A stretch of DNA of 64,000 nt, taken from assembly GCA_034414575.1 (NCBI GenBank), contig DAOULZ010000011.1, positions 14,318 to 78,317 of the forward strand, in the 5' to 3' direction. Below are positions 36,729 to 46,648 of this stretch, in pieces. The DNA comes from Dehalococcoidales bacterium (GTDB lineage: Bacteria; Chloroflexota; Dehalococcoidia; Dehalococcoidales; UBA5760). The notes beneath the pieces are model-generated. The model worked only from the letters and a program-made list of their open reading frames with translations. It made no database searches and was not told the DNA's origin. Each line of letters opens with the position of its first letter. Positions within the stretch are counted from its first letter, which is position 1. The translations under genes and the position numbers were made by a program.

Positions 36729-37673
36729 GTGAAAGAAGTAACGGTTCTAGTATCGGCGGCAGGTTCTACTAACGGCGTAAATGTTATCCAGGGTCTGCGA
36801 GCCCAGAATGATTATGACGTGGGGATTGTCGCTATTGATTCCGACAGCAACGCCGCTGGCTTGTACCTCGCTGACAGGTACGAAATAGCACCCCCAGTTT
36901 CAGCGCCAGCCTTTAAGGATTTTGTTTTGACTGTCTGCAAGGCTTGCGGTGTTGATATGATAATCCCCACCCATTCGGTTGAGCTACCCTTTTTCAGCTC
37001 TAACCAGAAGTTATTTAGCGATTGGGGAGTAAGAACCGTCATATCTCCGCTGGAGAAGATTAAGATATGCGATGACAAGCTGCAAATAGCGGAATTCATT
37101 CGTAGGCTCGGGGTGAGGCATCCTAAGATCTATGAGTTGAACAATATCCCTGATAATGAATTCCCTCTGTTCGTTAAGTCGCGCTTTGGGTCAGGATCGG
37201 CATACGCCCGCAGGGTGGAAACTGGCGAGGAGCTAGGTTTTTACATCGGTAGAACCCCCAACCCGATTGTCCAGGAATATATCAGCGGAACCGAGTACAC
37301 AGTTAATGTTATCTCAGATTATAACGGCAGGGTGGTTGGTCTAGTACCTTTGCGGCGAGTAAAAGTGAGGGGTGGTCTGGCGGTAGTGGCTCAGGTAGAA
37401 GTAAATCCAACGATAGCTGGAGAGACCAGGAGAATAGTAGAGGCCCTGGGACTGGTTGGTCCGTCCAACGTGCAGGTAATAAAAGATGGTGAGGAGTTGG
37501 TATACCTGGAGGTAAACCCGAGGTTTGCCTCCGGGGGGATGCCACTAGCAGCCGGGGCTGGCTTTAATATTCCGCTACTGCTGATGAAGCTGGGGCTGGG
37601 TGAGCCGATCGGTGAACTGGATATTGAGGATGGAAAGAAGATGATCAGGTTTTGGGATGCCATCGTAGTCTAA
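36729..37673 (+). CDS. ATP-grasp ligase (second copy, divergent)
   Basis: FVKSRFGSGSAYARRV, VQEYISGTEYTVNVI and YLEVNPRFASGG. Confidence 0.75.
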   Translation: MKEVTVLVSAAGSTNGVNVIQGLRAQNDYDVGIVAIDSDSNAAGLYLADRYEIAPPVSAPAFKDFVLTVCKACGVDMIIPTHSVELPFFSSNQKLFSDWGVRTVISPLEKIKICDDKLQIAEFIRRLGVRHPKIYELNNIPDNEFPLFVKSRFGSGSAYARRVETGEELGFYIGRTPNPIVQEYISGTEYTVNVISDYNGRVVGLVPLRRVKVRGGLAVVAQVEVNPTIAGETRRIVEALGLVGPSNVQVIKDGEELVYLEVNPRFASGGMPLAAGAGFNIPLLLMKLGLGEPIGELDIEDGKKMIRFWDAIVV

Positions 37674-37730
37674 ATAGTCCCCAATACTAAGCAGAGCTTC
37701 TGAAGGGAAGCCGGGGAAGCACGACAGGAG

Positions 37731-38870
37731 ATGAGAGTGATGAGGACTGTCTTGGTTGACCTCAAGGCTCAATACAGGTCAATAAAAGAAGAAGTTGACG
37801 CTGCTATCCGCCGGGTGCTGCAGCGGGGAGAATTTATCCTCGGTCCCGAGGTTAAGACTCTTGAATCGGAGATAGCTGCTTACTGCGACACGAAGTACGC
37901 CGTCGGGGTTGCCTCGGGTACTGATGCCCTGCAGTTAGCGCTCCTTGCCTGCGGTATCAAGCCTGGTGACGAGGTTGTCACTACCCCCTTTACCTTCATC
38001 GCTACTGCTGAGGCCATAGCTAAGTGTGGTGCTGTCCCGGTATTCGTTGACATAGACCCCAGAACATATAATCTCGATCCAATAAAGGTTAGGTCTGGGA
38101 TGACTGGAAGGACAAAGGCCATCCTTCCGGTTCATCTCTATGGTCAGCCGGCAGAAATGTCATCGATTCTGGCGCTGGCTAAAGAGCATGGACTAAAGGT
38201 CATTGAAGACTGTGCGCAAGCTTTGGGAGCGGGGTATAAAGGAAAGAAGATCGGTTCTTTAGGGGAGGCTGGCTGTCTCAGCTTTTTCCCCAGCAAGGTG
38301 CTCGGGGCTTATGGGGATGGGGGGATGGTAGTCACCAGTAGCCCGGAAATTGCGGAAAAGGTAGCGATACTTCGAAATCATGGCAGCCGGGAAAAATATC
38401 ATCACCTCACCCCCGGATTTAACAGCCGTCTTGATTCTCTTCAGGCGGCTATCCTCAGGGTCAAGCTAAGATATCTTGAGCGATGGAACTCCGAGCGGCG
38501 ACGAAAGGCGGAGCTTTATTCACAGCTTCTCGGGGGGGTAAACGGTGTTGAACCACCCTATGTGGCACCTTACAGTTACCACATCTTCAATTACTACACT
38601 ATCCGCATCATGAGTTCTCGGGGAGAACGGGATAAGCTCCGAGAACATCTTGGTGCTGAGGGTATTGCCAGCGCCATTTACTATCCGCGCTCTCTTCATC
38701 TACAAAAAGTCTATAAATTCTTGAGCTACCAACCAGGGGACTTGCCGGAGAGCGAACGGGCTCAGGAACAGGTTCTCTCCCTACCTATATATCCAGAAAT
38801 GAGTCAGGAGCAGGTAGCAGGAATAGCAGATGCCATCAAGTCGATAACCTCTAATTTGTTTACTCTTTAG
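37731..38870 (+). CDS. DegT/DnrJ/EryC1/StrS-family PLP sugar aminotransferase (WbpE-like)
   Basis: [16 protein letters not shown] and [15 protein letters not shown] (PLP lysine region); 379 aa. Confidence 0.85.
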   Translation: MRVMRTVLVDLKAQYRSIKEEVDAAIRRVLQRGEFILGPEVKTLESEIAAYCDTKYAVGVASGTDALQLALLACGIKPGDEVVTTPFTFIATAEAIAKCGAVPVFVDIDPRTYNLDPIKVRSGMTGRTKAILPVHLYGQPAEMSSILALAKEHGLKVIEDCAQALGAGYKGKKIGSLGEAGCLSFFPSKVLGAYGDGGMVVTSSPEIAEKVAILRNHGSREKYHHLTPGFNSRLDSLQAAILRVKLRYLERWNSERRRKAELYSQLLGGVNGVEPPYVAPYSYHIFNYYTIRIMSSRGERDKLREHLGAEGIASAIYYPRSLHLQKVYKFLSYQPGDLPESERAQEQVLSLPIYPEMSQEQVAGIADAIKSITSNLFTL

Positions 38871-38885
38871 TGAGGAGGAAACTGA

Positions 38886-39644
38886 ATGACAGAAAACGGA
38901 AGGGACCTTTTCACTCTTGGCTATTATGAGGAATTTGTGCGCCGGCTATGTGAAGGGTATCACTTTTCCTCTTTCCATGAGGCTAAGAAAGTCATCGGGC
39001 AGGTAGATGAACCCCTGGTGGTTATGAGACACGACATTGATTCGGATTTGGGGGCGGCTCAGAGAATGTCTTCGCTTGAAAAAGAGCTCGGAATTCAGGC
39101 TACCTATTTCTTCATGGTTCGCTGCCCTTTATATAATCTCTTTAGCGGTGATGGTTCGGAAAAAACGAGGCGGATATTGGCAGACGGACATCACTTTGGA
39201 CTTCACTTCGATTGTGCCCTTTATCCAGATATCGGCACCAATAATCTTAGCGATTACATTTCAAGGGAGTGCGCCCTGTTAGAGGGATTCTTTGGGCAGC
39301 CGGTTGAGTCCGTTAGCTTCCACAGACCGGGGGATCTGGAGCTGGGGGGCGTGGAGTTAGAGAGATGGCCCAATACTTATGAAAGGGTGTTCCTGGAGAG
39401 GTTCGAGTATTTCTCTGATTCGCGAGGCAACTGGGTTAGGGGTAACCCCCTGGAATCTGAGGCATTCGCGGAGAGGAAGAATCTGCATATACTAGTGCAC
39501 CCTTTGTGGTGGACTGAGTCGCCGATGACTCCCTATGAGCATCTTGTTAGCCTCGTTCAGTCTATTAAAGGTCAGTCTGAACAATATATATCTGCAAACT
39601 GTCAGGTATGGAATGAGGCTAGAGAAGGAAGGAAATCTGGTTGA
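38886..39644 (+). CDS. polysaccharide deacetylase-like protein (NodB-fold, WbmS-like?)
   Basis: VVMRHDIDSDLGAAQRMSSLEKELGIQATYFFMV and HFGLHFD resemble divergent deacetylase-like proteins of O-antigen loci. This is a weak call. Confidence 0.4.
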   Translation: MTENGRDLFTLGYYEEFVRRLCEGYHFSSFHEAKKVIGQVDEPLVVMRHDIDSDLGAAQRMSSLEKELGIQATYFFMVRCPLYNLFSGDGSEKTRRILADGHHFGLHFDCALYPDIGTNNLSDYISRECALLEGFFGQPVESVSFHRPGDLELGGVELERWPNTYERVFLERFEYFSDSRGNWVRGNPLESEAFAERKNLHILVHPLWWTESPMTPYEHLVSLVQSIKGQSEQYISANCQVWNEAREGRKSG

Positions 39645-39691
39645 ATAAAGGGAGAAAAAGCAGGTAGGGGAATGGCACCAAAATTAAGCCG

Positions 39692-40855
39692 ATGATTTCC
39701 CGGGTGAAGTTAGTGAAGAAGGTTAAGATTTTTGCTCTAGTCGAGGGGAAGGTCGTTGATAGGCTCAGCGATAGGGTTAGCGGAACCTGGATACGTATTC
39801 ACTACATCCTGAAATACCTGAAGCAGAGAAGGGATATCAAGTTGATCTATATCCCCTACCAGTATAAGCAGCGATATTCAGAGGGCTATTCCAGAATCAA
39901 TTGGTGTATTGATACTTTCTATCATTTTACTATTCCCCTCATATCGTGTTTGATGATACTTTTGCGGCGTCCAGATTTCGTTTATTTTTCATACCCAAAT
40001 GTCATTTATAATGATACCTTTAATATCTCAGTGTTAAGATTTGCCAGGAAGATCGGGGTAAAGCTTCTGATGTACTCTCACGACTGGGTGGAGCAGAAAA
40101 AGATATTAGGAAAAAGCGAAGTTGAAATCCTGCCTCTGGAGAAATTGGAGAAGGAACTGGTCAAGACATCTGATATTCTGGTGGTGGTAGGTAGTAAGTA
40201 TCCCGAATATGAGGCCGCGGTGCTTCCCGGAGGATTTGAGGAGGAGGAATTTGCTAACCTGAGCTATAAAACCCATGAGGATAGGTTCAATATTGGCTAT
40301 GCTGGCGCGATCAAGCCGGATTATGGAGTCGGGCCGCTGGTTGATGCGGCCATTATGCTTCACGAAAAGTATCCGTACATCAAGTTGCTCCTCTTTGGGA
40401 AGATAGCCTTATTGGATGAAGAGACGACGAAAAAGATTATGGAATCAGATTTTATCATCCACCAGACTATCCCCAGAACAAAGCTGATTTCTCATTTTTC
40501 ACAGGTGGATGTATTTGCCTACCCCTTTAATCCCGACATACCCTACTTTTACAACACTAGGTCAACAAAGTTCTTTGAATATCTCGGCTCGGAGATCCCC
40601 TTTATCGCTACCAAATGCGAGGGGCTGAAACTTGTCAGTGACGGCAGGGGGTTCTTGTGGGTTGATTATTCTGCCCGGGATTTCTATAAGAAGCTGGAAT
40701 ACCTGTTAAAGAACCCTGAGGAAAGAATGAGACTGAGCCGAGAACTGCACGGGCTAAAGAAGGATAACACCTGGGAGAAAAGGGCAGATACGTTACACGA
40801 CATAATAGTTGAGCAAATGGACAAACAAAGGGGGGCTAAAGAAGTTAAGCGTTGA
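39692..40855 (+). CDS. divergent GT-B-like glycosyltransferase (AT-rich gene)
   Basis: The C-terminal half has a GT4-like pattern (GYAGAIKPDYG...VDVFAYPFNP...STKFFEYLGSEIPFIATKCEG). One 60-nt line (39901-39960) counts 19 G+C. Confidence 0.5.
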   Translation: MISRVKLVKKVKIFALVEGKVVDRLSDRVSGTWIRIHYILKYLKQRRDIKLIYIPYQYKQRYSEGYSRINWCIDTFYHFTIPLISCLMILLRRPDFVYFSYPNVIYNDTFNISVLRFARKIGVKLLMYSHDWVEQKKILGKSEVEILPLEKLEKELVKTSDILVVVGSKYPEYEAAVLPGGFEEEEFANLSYKTHEDRFNIGYAGAIKPDYGVGPLVDAAIMLHEKYPYIKLLLFGKIALLDEETTKKIMESDFIIHQTIPRTKLISHFSQVDVFAYPFNPDIPYFYNTRSTKFFEYLGSEIPFIATKCEGLKLVSDGRGFLWVDYSARDFYKKLEYLLKNPEERMRLSRELHGLKKDNTWEKRADTLHDIIVEQMDKQRGAKEVKR

Positions 40856-40938
40856 CTTGGTGTGCCCCAACTTTCGGGCATTCGGGAACTGGGCGGCTGA
40901 TATTTTGATAGTCGCCGGAAAATATAGAGCGACCTAAG

Positions 40939-42099
40939 ATGATGAAGATATGTTATGTGGGCAATCCGCAATCTGTCCATCTACGGAGATGGATGAATTA
41001 CTTCATAGAGCAGGGGCACGAAGTTCATGTCATCACTCCGCAGCCCGCTGAAGTTCGGGGCGCTTATGTTCATGAGACTCCAATTTCAGCCTTCTATGAT
41101 ATCCCCACCTGTTTTCTGTATAAAATCAGGGGCATCGGCTGGGTTCTCAACCGGCTCCGTCAGAGGCTCCTCGTGAACCGGATGAAGAGGCTGATTCAGA
41201 AGATTGGTCCGGATATACTGGAGGCGCACTATCTCACATTTTACGGATGTTATGCGTCACGGCTGGGATTCTATCCCTTCGTAATAACAATCTGGGGAAG
41301 CGATATCTTAATTGACCTGGAGAAGTATGGAGAAAAACGAGCTGGTTTGATGAGAAAGGCCCTGATAAAAGCCGATTTAATCCTTTGCTTTGGTGAGAAG
41401 CCGAGACAAAAACTGATGGAACTGGGTATAGAGCCTGAGAAGGTGAAGGCAGCTCCTTTGGGTGTGGATGCACAAAAATTCCATCCCCAACAAAGGGATG
41501 AAGAGCTTATCGTGAAGTTGGGGCTAACCGGCTCACTAACTGTGTTCAGCATGCGGAATTTCGAGCCGGTATATAACGTGGAAACGCTTATCAGGGCTAT
41601 CCCCTCGGTTTTATCCCAGGTTCCTGACACAAGGTTTGTAATCGCCGGGGATGGGTCGCAGCGAAAATACCTTGAGGATCTGGCAGAATCGCTTGGCATA
41701 TGGGAGAAGGTAAGCTTTGTCGGGCGGGTACCTCATGCCAAACTCCCTAAATATCTGGCATCGGCGGATATTTATGTTTCTACGTCTCTCTCCGATGGTG
41801 CCTCGGTCGGTTTGATAGAAGCCATGGCTTGTGGACTTGCCGTTGTTACCACCGATGCCGGTGATGCAGGAAAATGGATAAGAGATGGTGTGAATGGTTT
41901 CGTAGTTCCGGTGAAAAATCCTCGGCTGCTGGCGGAAAGGACGATCCACCTTTTGAAAAGCGAAAGTCTAAGGAAGAAGGCTGGGAAAATTAACAGAAGA
42001 TCAGTCGAAGAAAAGGCAGTTTATCAGAGGGAGATGGAGAGGGTGGGGAGACTTTACCAGGAGCTTAGGAGGGGGATTGATTGTGGCCAATACAAATAG
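40939..42099 (+). CDS. GT4 glycosyltransferase
   Basis: DGASVGLIEAMACGLAVVTTDAGDAGKWIRDGVNGFVV. Confidence 0.8.
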   Translation: MMKICYVGNPQSVHLRRWMNYFIEQGHEVHVITPQPAEVRGAYVHETPISAFYDIPTCFLYKIRGIGWVLNRLRQRLLVNRMKRLIQKIGPDILEAHYLTFYGCYASRLGFYPFVITIWGSDILIDLEKYGEKRAGLMRKALIKADLILCFGEKPRQKLMELGIEPEKVKAAPLGVDAQKFHPQQRDEELIVKLGLTGSLTVFSMRNFEPVYNVETLIRAIPSVLSQVPDTRFVIAGDGSQRKYLEDLAESLGIWEKVSFVGRVPHAKLPKYLASADIYVSTSLSDGASVGLIEAMACGLAVVTTDAGDAGKWIRDGVNGFVVPVKNPRLLAERTIHLLKSESLRKKAGKINRRSVEEKAVYQREMERVGRLYQELRRGIDCGQYK

Positions 42100-42775
42100 G
42101 CTTGCCAAGGAATTTTACAACGCATTCTGGAGAGAAGAGTTAAGTAAGGGGCTAGAGATAGAGGCCCGCTGTCGTCATAATACGGTAGTTGCGGCCATTC
42201 CCCCAAAAGTAAGACTCAGAGAGAGAGCCAGGATTTTAGATCTTGGGTGTGGTAAAGGCGACCTAGCGGTTCGCTTGGCAGAGTATGGTGAAGTAACCGC
42301 AATAGATTTTTCCACCGAAGCTATCGCCATAGCTCAAAAGAGGTATCCACACATTAATTTTGTCTGTGCCCACTTTTTTGACATCTCCATAGAAGAGGCT
42401 TGCTATGATCTAATCGTTTCGTCCGAAGTAATAGAGCATCTTAGTAAGGAGGAACAGGGTAGCTACCTAGAATTAATATATCGGTCCTTAGCTGAGGGTG
42501 GCTACCTGATACTGACTACTCCAAATAAGAGAGTTGCCAGAGCATTGGGTAGAAGGGGTAATCAACCAATCGAGAACTGGCTAGCAATTGACGAACTAAA
42601 GAGTCTCCTCGCCGAGCATTTCAAAATCCTGAGGGTTTATACCACCTATTTCGAACCAATAAGATATCGGATTCGTAACAATTACCGACTGTATTTCCAG
42701 CTTGTTGAGCCAGTTTTTAGAAGGACTAAATCAGGCTTGTACACTGTGATCCTTGCCCAAGGACACGGAATCTAA
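42077..42775 (+). CDS. class I SAM-dependent methyltransferase
   Basis: Motif I ILDLGCGKGD; DLIVSSEVIEHL; GGYLILTTPN. Confidence 0.75.
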   Translation: MIVANTNRLAKEFYNAFWREELSKGLEIEARCRHNTVVAAIPPKVRLRERARILDLGCGKGDLAVRLAEYGEVTAIDFSTEAIAIAQKRYPHINFVCAHFFDISIEEACYDLIVSSEVIEHLSKEEQGSYLELIYRSLAEGGYLILTTPNKRVARALGRRGNQPIENWLAIDELKSLLAEHFKILRVYTTYFEPIRYRIRNNYRLYFQLVEPVFRRTKSGLYTVILAQGHGI

Positions 42776-42778
42776 CTG

Positions 42779-44110
42779 CTATAGCTTGCTAAACTTAGCT
42801 TGAAATGAACCCCACAGATTTCTAGCCGTCCTTGGGTAAAACCTTATGTCTTCAGGCTTGACTAACAGGACGTCTTTTGGCTTGAGTCCTGATAACCTCG
42901 AGAAAAAGAAAAACACGATGAAAAAGCTCAATGAGTATGATATGGTGGTAGCTAGCGCTGCTCCGGCGGTTCCCCATTTGGGAATCAATATCAGATTCAG
43001 CCCGATGTTTACCCCCAGGGATGCCAGTGAGGCATACATAGCAAATGCGGGCTTACCGATACCGGCTAGGTAGGCTGCGCTAACTGAGGTGAGACTAACT
43101 GCGATAACGCCGGGCAGAAGAATCAGTAGTGGCGTGAAGCTGGGGAGGAAAGCCGGGCCGTATAAAATTCCAATTGCCCACCTGCCAATAACCGCTAATC
43201 CGAGACAGGCTAAGAGAGTGACCAGCAAGGTATGCCTGAGCAGTGTTCCCGTCATTTCCCTAGATTCATCTGGATCAGAAGAGGCGACTGCAGGGAATAG
43301 GATTGTTTTTACCGGCCCCGAAAGCATCCAGACCATTTCGGCTATTCCTACGGCGATGGAGTAGAATCCGACCTGGGTGGCGCCCATGAAATAGTTTACT
43401 AAGAACATATCTGACCGGTAGTGTAGGAAGGTAAAAATATTAGCCATGTGTATTTTAATCCCATAATGTAGCGACTCTTTTAGTAGGCCTCTTTTCAAGC
43501 GAAACCTGACCTCGGTCAGCCTATTTACTAAGCAGAAGGAAGAAGCAAACATGGCTATCGAGATGAAGATAGAGACTAGAATAAGCGAGGATAGTCCTTT
43601 GTTCAGGATAAGTAGGACCAGTGCCGAACCGCCCAGCAGCAGCGCGGGTTGGAGGATGTTAAGGAAATTAAATTGCTTTACTTTAAATTTCACCAGCAGG
43701 ATATGTCGGAAGTAGACGGGGGTGATAGAAAAGGGTATGGCCAGAAGAACCAGGTGAATCAATGAAGGATCCACATCTTGAAAAACCGGGGCAAGGAAAG
43801 ACTTATAGGCGAGCAAAAATAGGATGGCGAGAGAAGCCCCGGCGGTAAATCCAAATGCGAGCGAGTTAGAGGCGATATCGGTAAGACTAAACCTCTTGCC
43901 CCCAATAAAGTAGGTATTGGCCCCAGCAAGTCCCAGGTTTCCCAATTGAAATAATAAGCCGGGCACTAGCAGCACCAGGGCATATACACCTTTATCATGC
44001 GGCCCCAGCGCTCTGGCGACGATAATGGAGGTGGGTATGCCTAAAGCAGCAATGAGGATGTTGGAAAAGAATACTGTAGAAATGTCTTTCGTTAGATGAA
44101 ACCTATTCAC
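42779..44110 (-). CDS. wzx: Wzx-like polysaccharide/oligosaccharide flippase (MOP superfamily)
   Basis: 443-aa polytopic protein with a typical polysaccharide-biosynthesis-protein profile. It overlaps the upstream gene by 8 nt. Confidence 0.7.
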   Translation of the reverse strand: MNRFHLTKDISTVFFSNILIAALGIPTSIIVARALGPHDKGVYALVLLVPGLLFQLGNLGLAGANTYFIGGKRFSLTDIASNSLAFGFTAGASLAILFLLAYKSFLAPVFQDVDPSLIHLVLLAIPFSITPVYFRHILLVKFKVKQFNFLNILQPALLLGGSALVLLILNKGLSSLILVSIFISIAMFASSFCLVNRLTEVRFRLKRGLLKESLHYGIKIHMANIFTFLHYRSDMFLVNYFMGATQVGFYSIAVGIAEMVWMLSGPVKTILFPAVASSDPDESREMTGTLLRHTLLVTLLACLGLAVIGRWAIGILYGPAFLPSFTPLLILLPGVIAVSLTSVSAAYLAGIGKPAFAMYASLASLGVNIGLNLILIPKWGTAGAALATTISYSLSFFIVFFFFSRLSGLKPKDVLLVKPEDIRFYPRTARNLWGSFQAKFSKL

Positions 44111-46034
44111 CGCTATTCATTACCTGAGGAAGGTAAGTAGTTACTTCGCCGTTACTATATATCTTGTTATACCCTGTTTCTTCTTCTAAGCTCCTTATCT
44201 TATACTTTTGGATTTCGTCGAGCTTAGTGCCATAGGTTGAATACCCCATTTTCCCTTTGGGGGATTGAACCCTGAATGGATAATTGAGAATATTCTCTCT
44301 TATGACGAGGGCGTTTTCGACCTCTAGTCCGGCATCGATAAATGGATATATATCTTCGGCATTCCTATTAAGGGCCAGCTCAATATAGCTACCGTAGGAT
44401 GAGTCAGAGACTATTTCTCCATCGTAGAATTCAGTAATTCTACCTGCGGCCGCAATCTCAGATTCGAACCAGTAACCTCTATATGATGCCTCTTTGTTAA
44501 TGATGGGGTTGCTATGCCCAGTTAGGGAGGTAGATATCATAGTGAAGGCAAGAACCAGAGCGATTACGGTGACGCCGAATAGCTGTGCCGGTTTGCCCTT
44601 AGCAACACTATGGATCAGAAAGATTCCCTGGGCAGCCGAAATGGCCATGATTACATAAATGGATGCTGACCATCTGCCAGGGAGTAGGATATCAGGGTTA
44701 CCCAATAGACCGCTGGCAAACAAAACTAGATTCAATCCAATAAAAGCACCGACTAGTGAGAGAGCATATCGGTAGTTCTTCCGGTGTTCCCAGAAATATA
44801 AAGCGGCCAGAACCGATAGGCTTAAGAGACAGGTAAAGCCTACGTTTTCAAGCAAAACCGAGGTAACATCGCTTGACAGCGCCGTGATTTCAAAGGCGGG
44901 AATATTAAAAGCGTTGGCAATTATTTTCCCCAATTCCGAAAACCAGTACCGCGATATGTATACCCAATAGCCCAGTAGAATGAAGATGAACCAAAGGGGG
45001 GTCGAGAATGATATATTGCCTGTTAGACTTCTTTTAGACCGGGAGAGGAATTGGTTTACAAAGTAGATTGACAAAATTACGACTAGGAATATAGTGGCGG
45101 AGATAGTATGCGTATACACCATGAGCAGTGACAAACATAGCCACAGCAGTACGAAGGTGATGTTGGCACTGGAGGTGCGCGATTTTATTAGCACGAGGAG
45201 TAGAACGAGGAGGAGACCGATACCAAGCGTCATGGGTATGATGTAATACCCCCAGAAAAGGAAGGGAGCACTGAACCCGGCAAACAAGGCTCCGAGTAAG
45301 GCTACTTTATTACCACCCAGGACAATCCTTCCGATGCAGAATAGGCTTAACAGGCTTGTGACTTGATATACCCCTATCAGCATCATTGAGGTATTGATAT
45401 TGAGGTTGGTTGTTGATTTCACGGCGGCCACGACAAAGTGCATGGCCAGGAAATCTCGATAGTAATCATAGCTGGTTGAGGGGATGTGGGATTCAGCTAG
45501 CATATCGCTCACCAAGCGTGAATGTTCAAAAAAGTCCTGTCCGATATTGGGGAAGAAATAGTGTGGAATCGCTATCAAAAGTAAAGAGGTGATTATTATC
45601 TTGGCTAAGGTAAGGTAGGGATACTGGCCCCTTCCCTCTGGCATCAGGAATATCTCTATTACCAGGATGAGACACATGGCAGTAGCGCAGTAAAAATAGC
45701 TTACCGGGATAGTATAGGCATCCGCGTTAACGGCGGTGAACAGGATATAGGAGAATAGTGAGAAGAAAAGCACGTTTAAAGCCACGGTGGGCTTGGGGAT
45801 ACTCGATAGTGGTTTGGCGGTAAGCACGGCGTTCGGGTTGGGTGAGATACGCTTACGCAGCAGCAAATAGGCAGCACTGCCCGCAATCAGGGCGATACTT
45901 TTGGGTGTCGGCCGGCCCCCGCTAACAAAAACGTCGAAGGCGAGGAAGACAAGACCGGCACCTAGAATAAGCATAGGAACGATCCGGGGACAGGAGTCTG
46001 CTTTGGCAGAAGGGCTTACAATGTTATCTTGCAT
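44103..46034 (-). CDS. large polytopic membrane protein with a C-terminal soluble domain (polymerase / GT-C-like; resembles archaeal DUF2206-type proteins)
   Basis: 643 aa. About 450 aa of TM helices precede a ~130-aa soluble tail. No WWDYG oligosaccharyltransferase motif is seen. Confidence 0.5.
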   Translation of the reverse strand: MQDNIVSPSAKADSCPRIVPMLILGAGLVFLAFDVFVSGGRPTPKSIALIAGSAAYLLLRKRISPNPNAVLTAKPLSSIPKPTVALNVLFFSLFSYILFTAVNADAYTIPVSYFYCATAMCLILVIEIFLMPEGRGQYPYLTLAKIIITSLLLIAIPHYFFPNIGQDFFEHSRLVSDMLAESHIPSTSYDYYRDFLAMHFVVAAVKSTTNLNINTSMMLIGVYQVTSLLSLFCIGRIVLGGNKVALLGALFAGFSAPFLFWGYYIIPMTLGIGLLLVLLLVLIKSRTSSANITFVLLWLCLSLLMVYTHTISATIFLVVILSIYFVNQFLSRSKRSLTGNISFSTPLWFIFILLGYWVYISRYWFSELGKIIANAFNIPAFEITALSSDVTSVLLENVGFTCLLSLSVLAALYFWEHRKNYRYALSLVGAFIGLNLVLFASGLLGNPDILLPGRWSASIYVIMAISAAQGIFLIHSVAKGKPAQLFGVTVIALVLAFTMISTSLTGHSNPIINKEASYRGYWFESEIAAAGRITEFYDGEIVSDSSYGSYIELALNRNAEDIYPFIDAGLEVENALVIRENILNYPFRVQSPKGKMGYSTYGTKLDEIQKYKIRSLEEETGYNKIYSNGEVTTYLPQVMNSGE

Positions 46035-46195
46035 TTTCTAATCGCTATCGCTGGTATACTCCTGAGCGAAAGGCTCGTAGTGTCAATTGTGCCCTGTCAA
46101 CTTTTCGGGTACGGCATCCTTATCTCTTCTTGAGCTGGTTCCCTCATCAGGCAAAAGCTGTGTTGAATGAGGCTTCACCTTACCCAGCATTTAAG

Positions 46196-46240
46196 ATTAT
46201 AAACCAATATAGTGACAAAAGTCAATATTAGTGGTATAAT
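46196..46240. promoter_or_regulatory. compact bidirectional promoter with overlapping -35 boxes in the palindrome TGACAAAAGTCA
   Basis: On the + strand: GTGACA (46212-46217), 17-nt spacer, TATAAT (46235-46240), preceded by an extended -10 TG. On the - strand: TTGACT (reverse complement of 46220-46225), 18-nt spacer, TATAAT (reverse complement of 46196-46201). Confidence 0.55.
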
Positions 46241-46375
46241 AGTGCCAGTAGGCATATCAGGATATCGGGGATGTTCTAACTTTAGACCGGGTGCTTAATT
46301 CTAGTAGGTGAAGCGAGATAGAATATGTTGCTGAGGTTATTGCGCAAATTACTTTAACGAATCGGTCCCAAGTCG

Positions 46376-46648
46376 ATGGAGGAGGTAGGGGACAGCGCCG
46401 TGGACCTGGTTTCGGTACTTTCGGATTTGGGCTATAAGTTCTATTGGTATTCCCCTTCGACAAGGAAAATCAAAGTGTATCCCAGTACAGAGATCTTGAT
46501 AAACTCAATAGCCGATGGAGAAGATGCTAACTACGTTCTGAGTGTAGGGGATTTAAGGTCGGTGTCATCGCCGGCCTCATCGGCTTGGCAGAGTATGCCA
46601 GCCCAGAAGAAACGAACCAAAACTGATAAGGAGATGGCCCTGCTATGA
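46376..46648 (+). CDS. hypothetical 90-aa protein (possibly a methyltransferase C-terminal remnant)
   Basis: VDLVSVLSDLGYKFYWY recalls FkbM-type C-termini, which is a weak resemblance. ATGA overlap with the next gene. Confidence 0.35.
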   Translation: MEEVGDSAVDLVSVLSDLGYKFYWYSPSTRKIKVYPSTEILINSIADGEDANYVLSVGDLRSVSSPASSAWQSMPAQKKRTKTDKEMALL

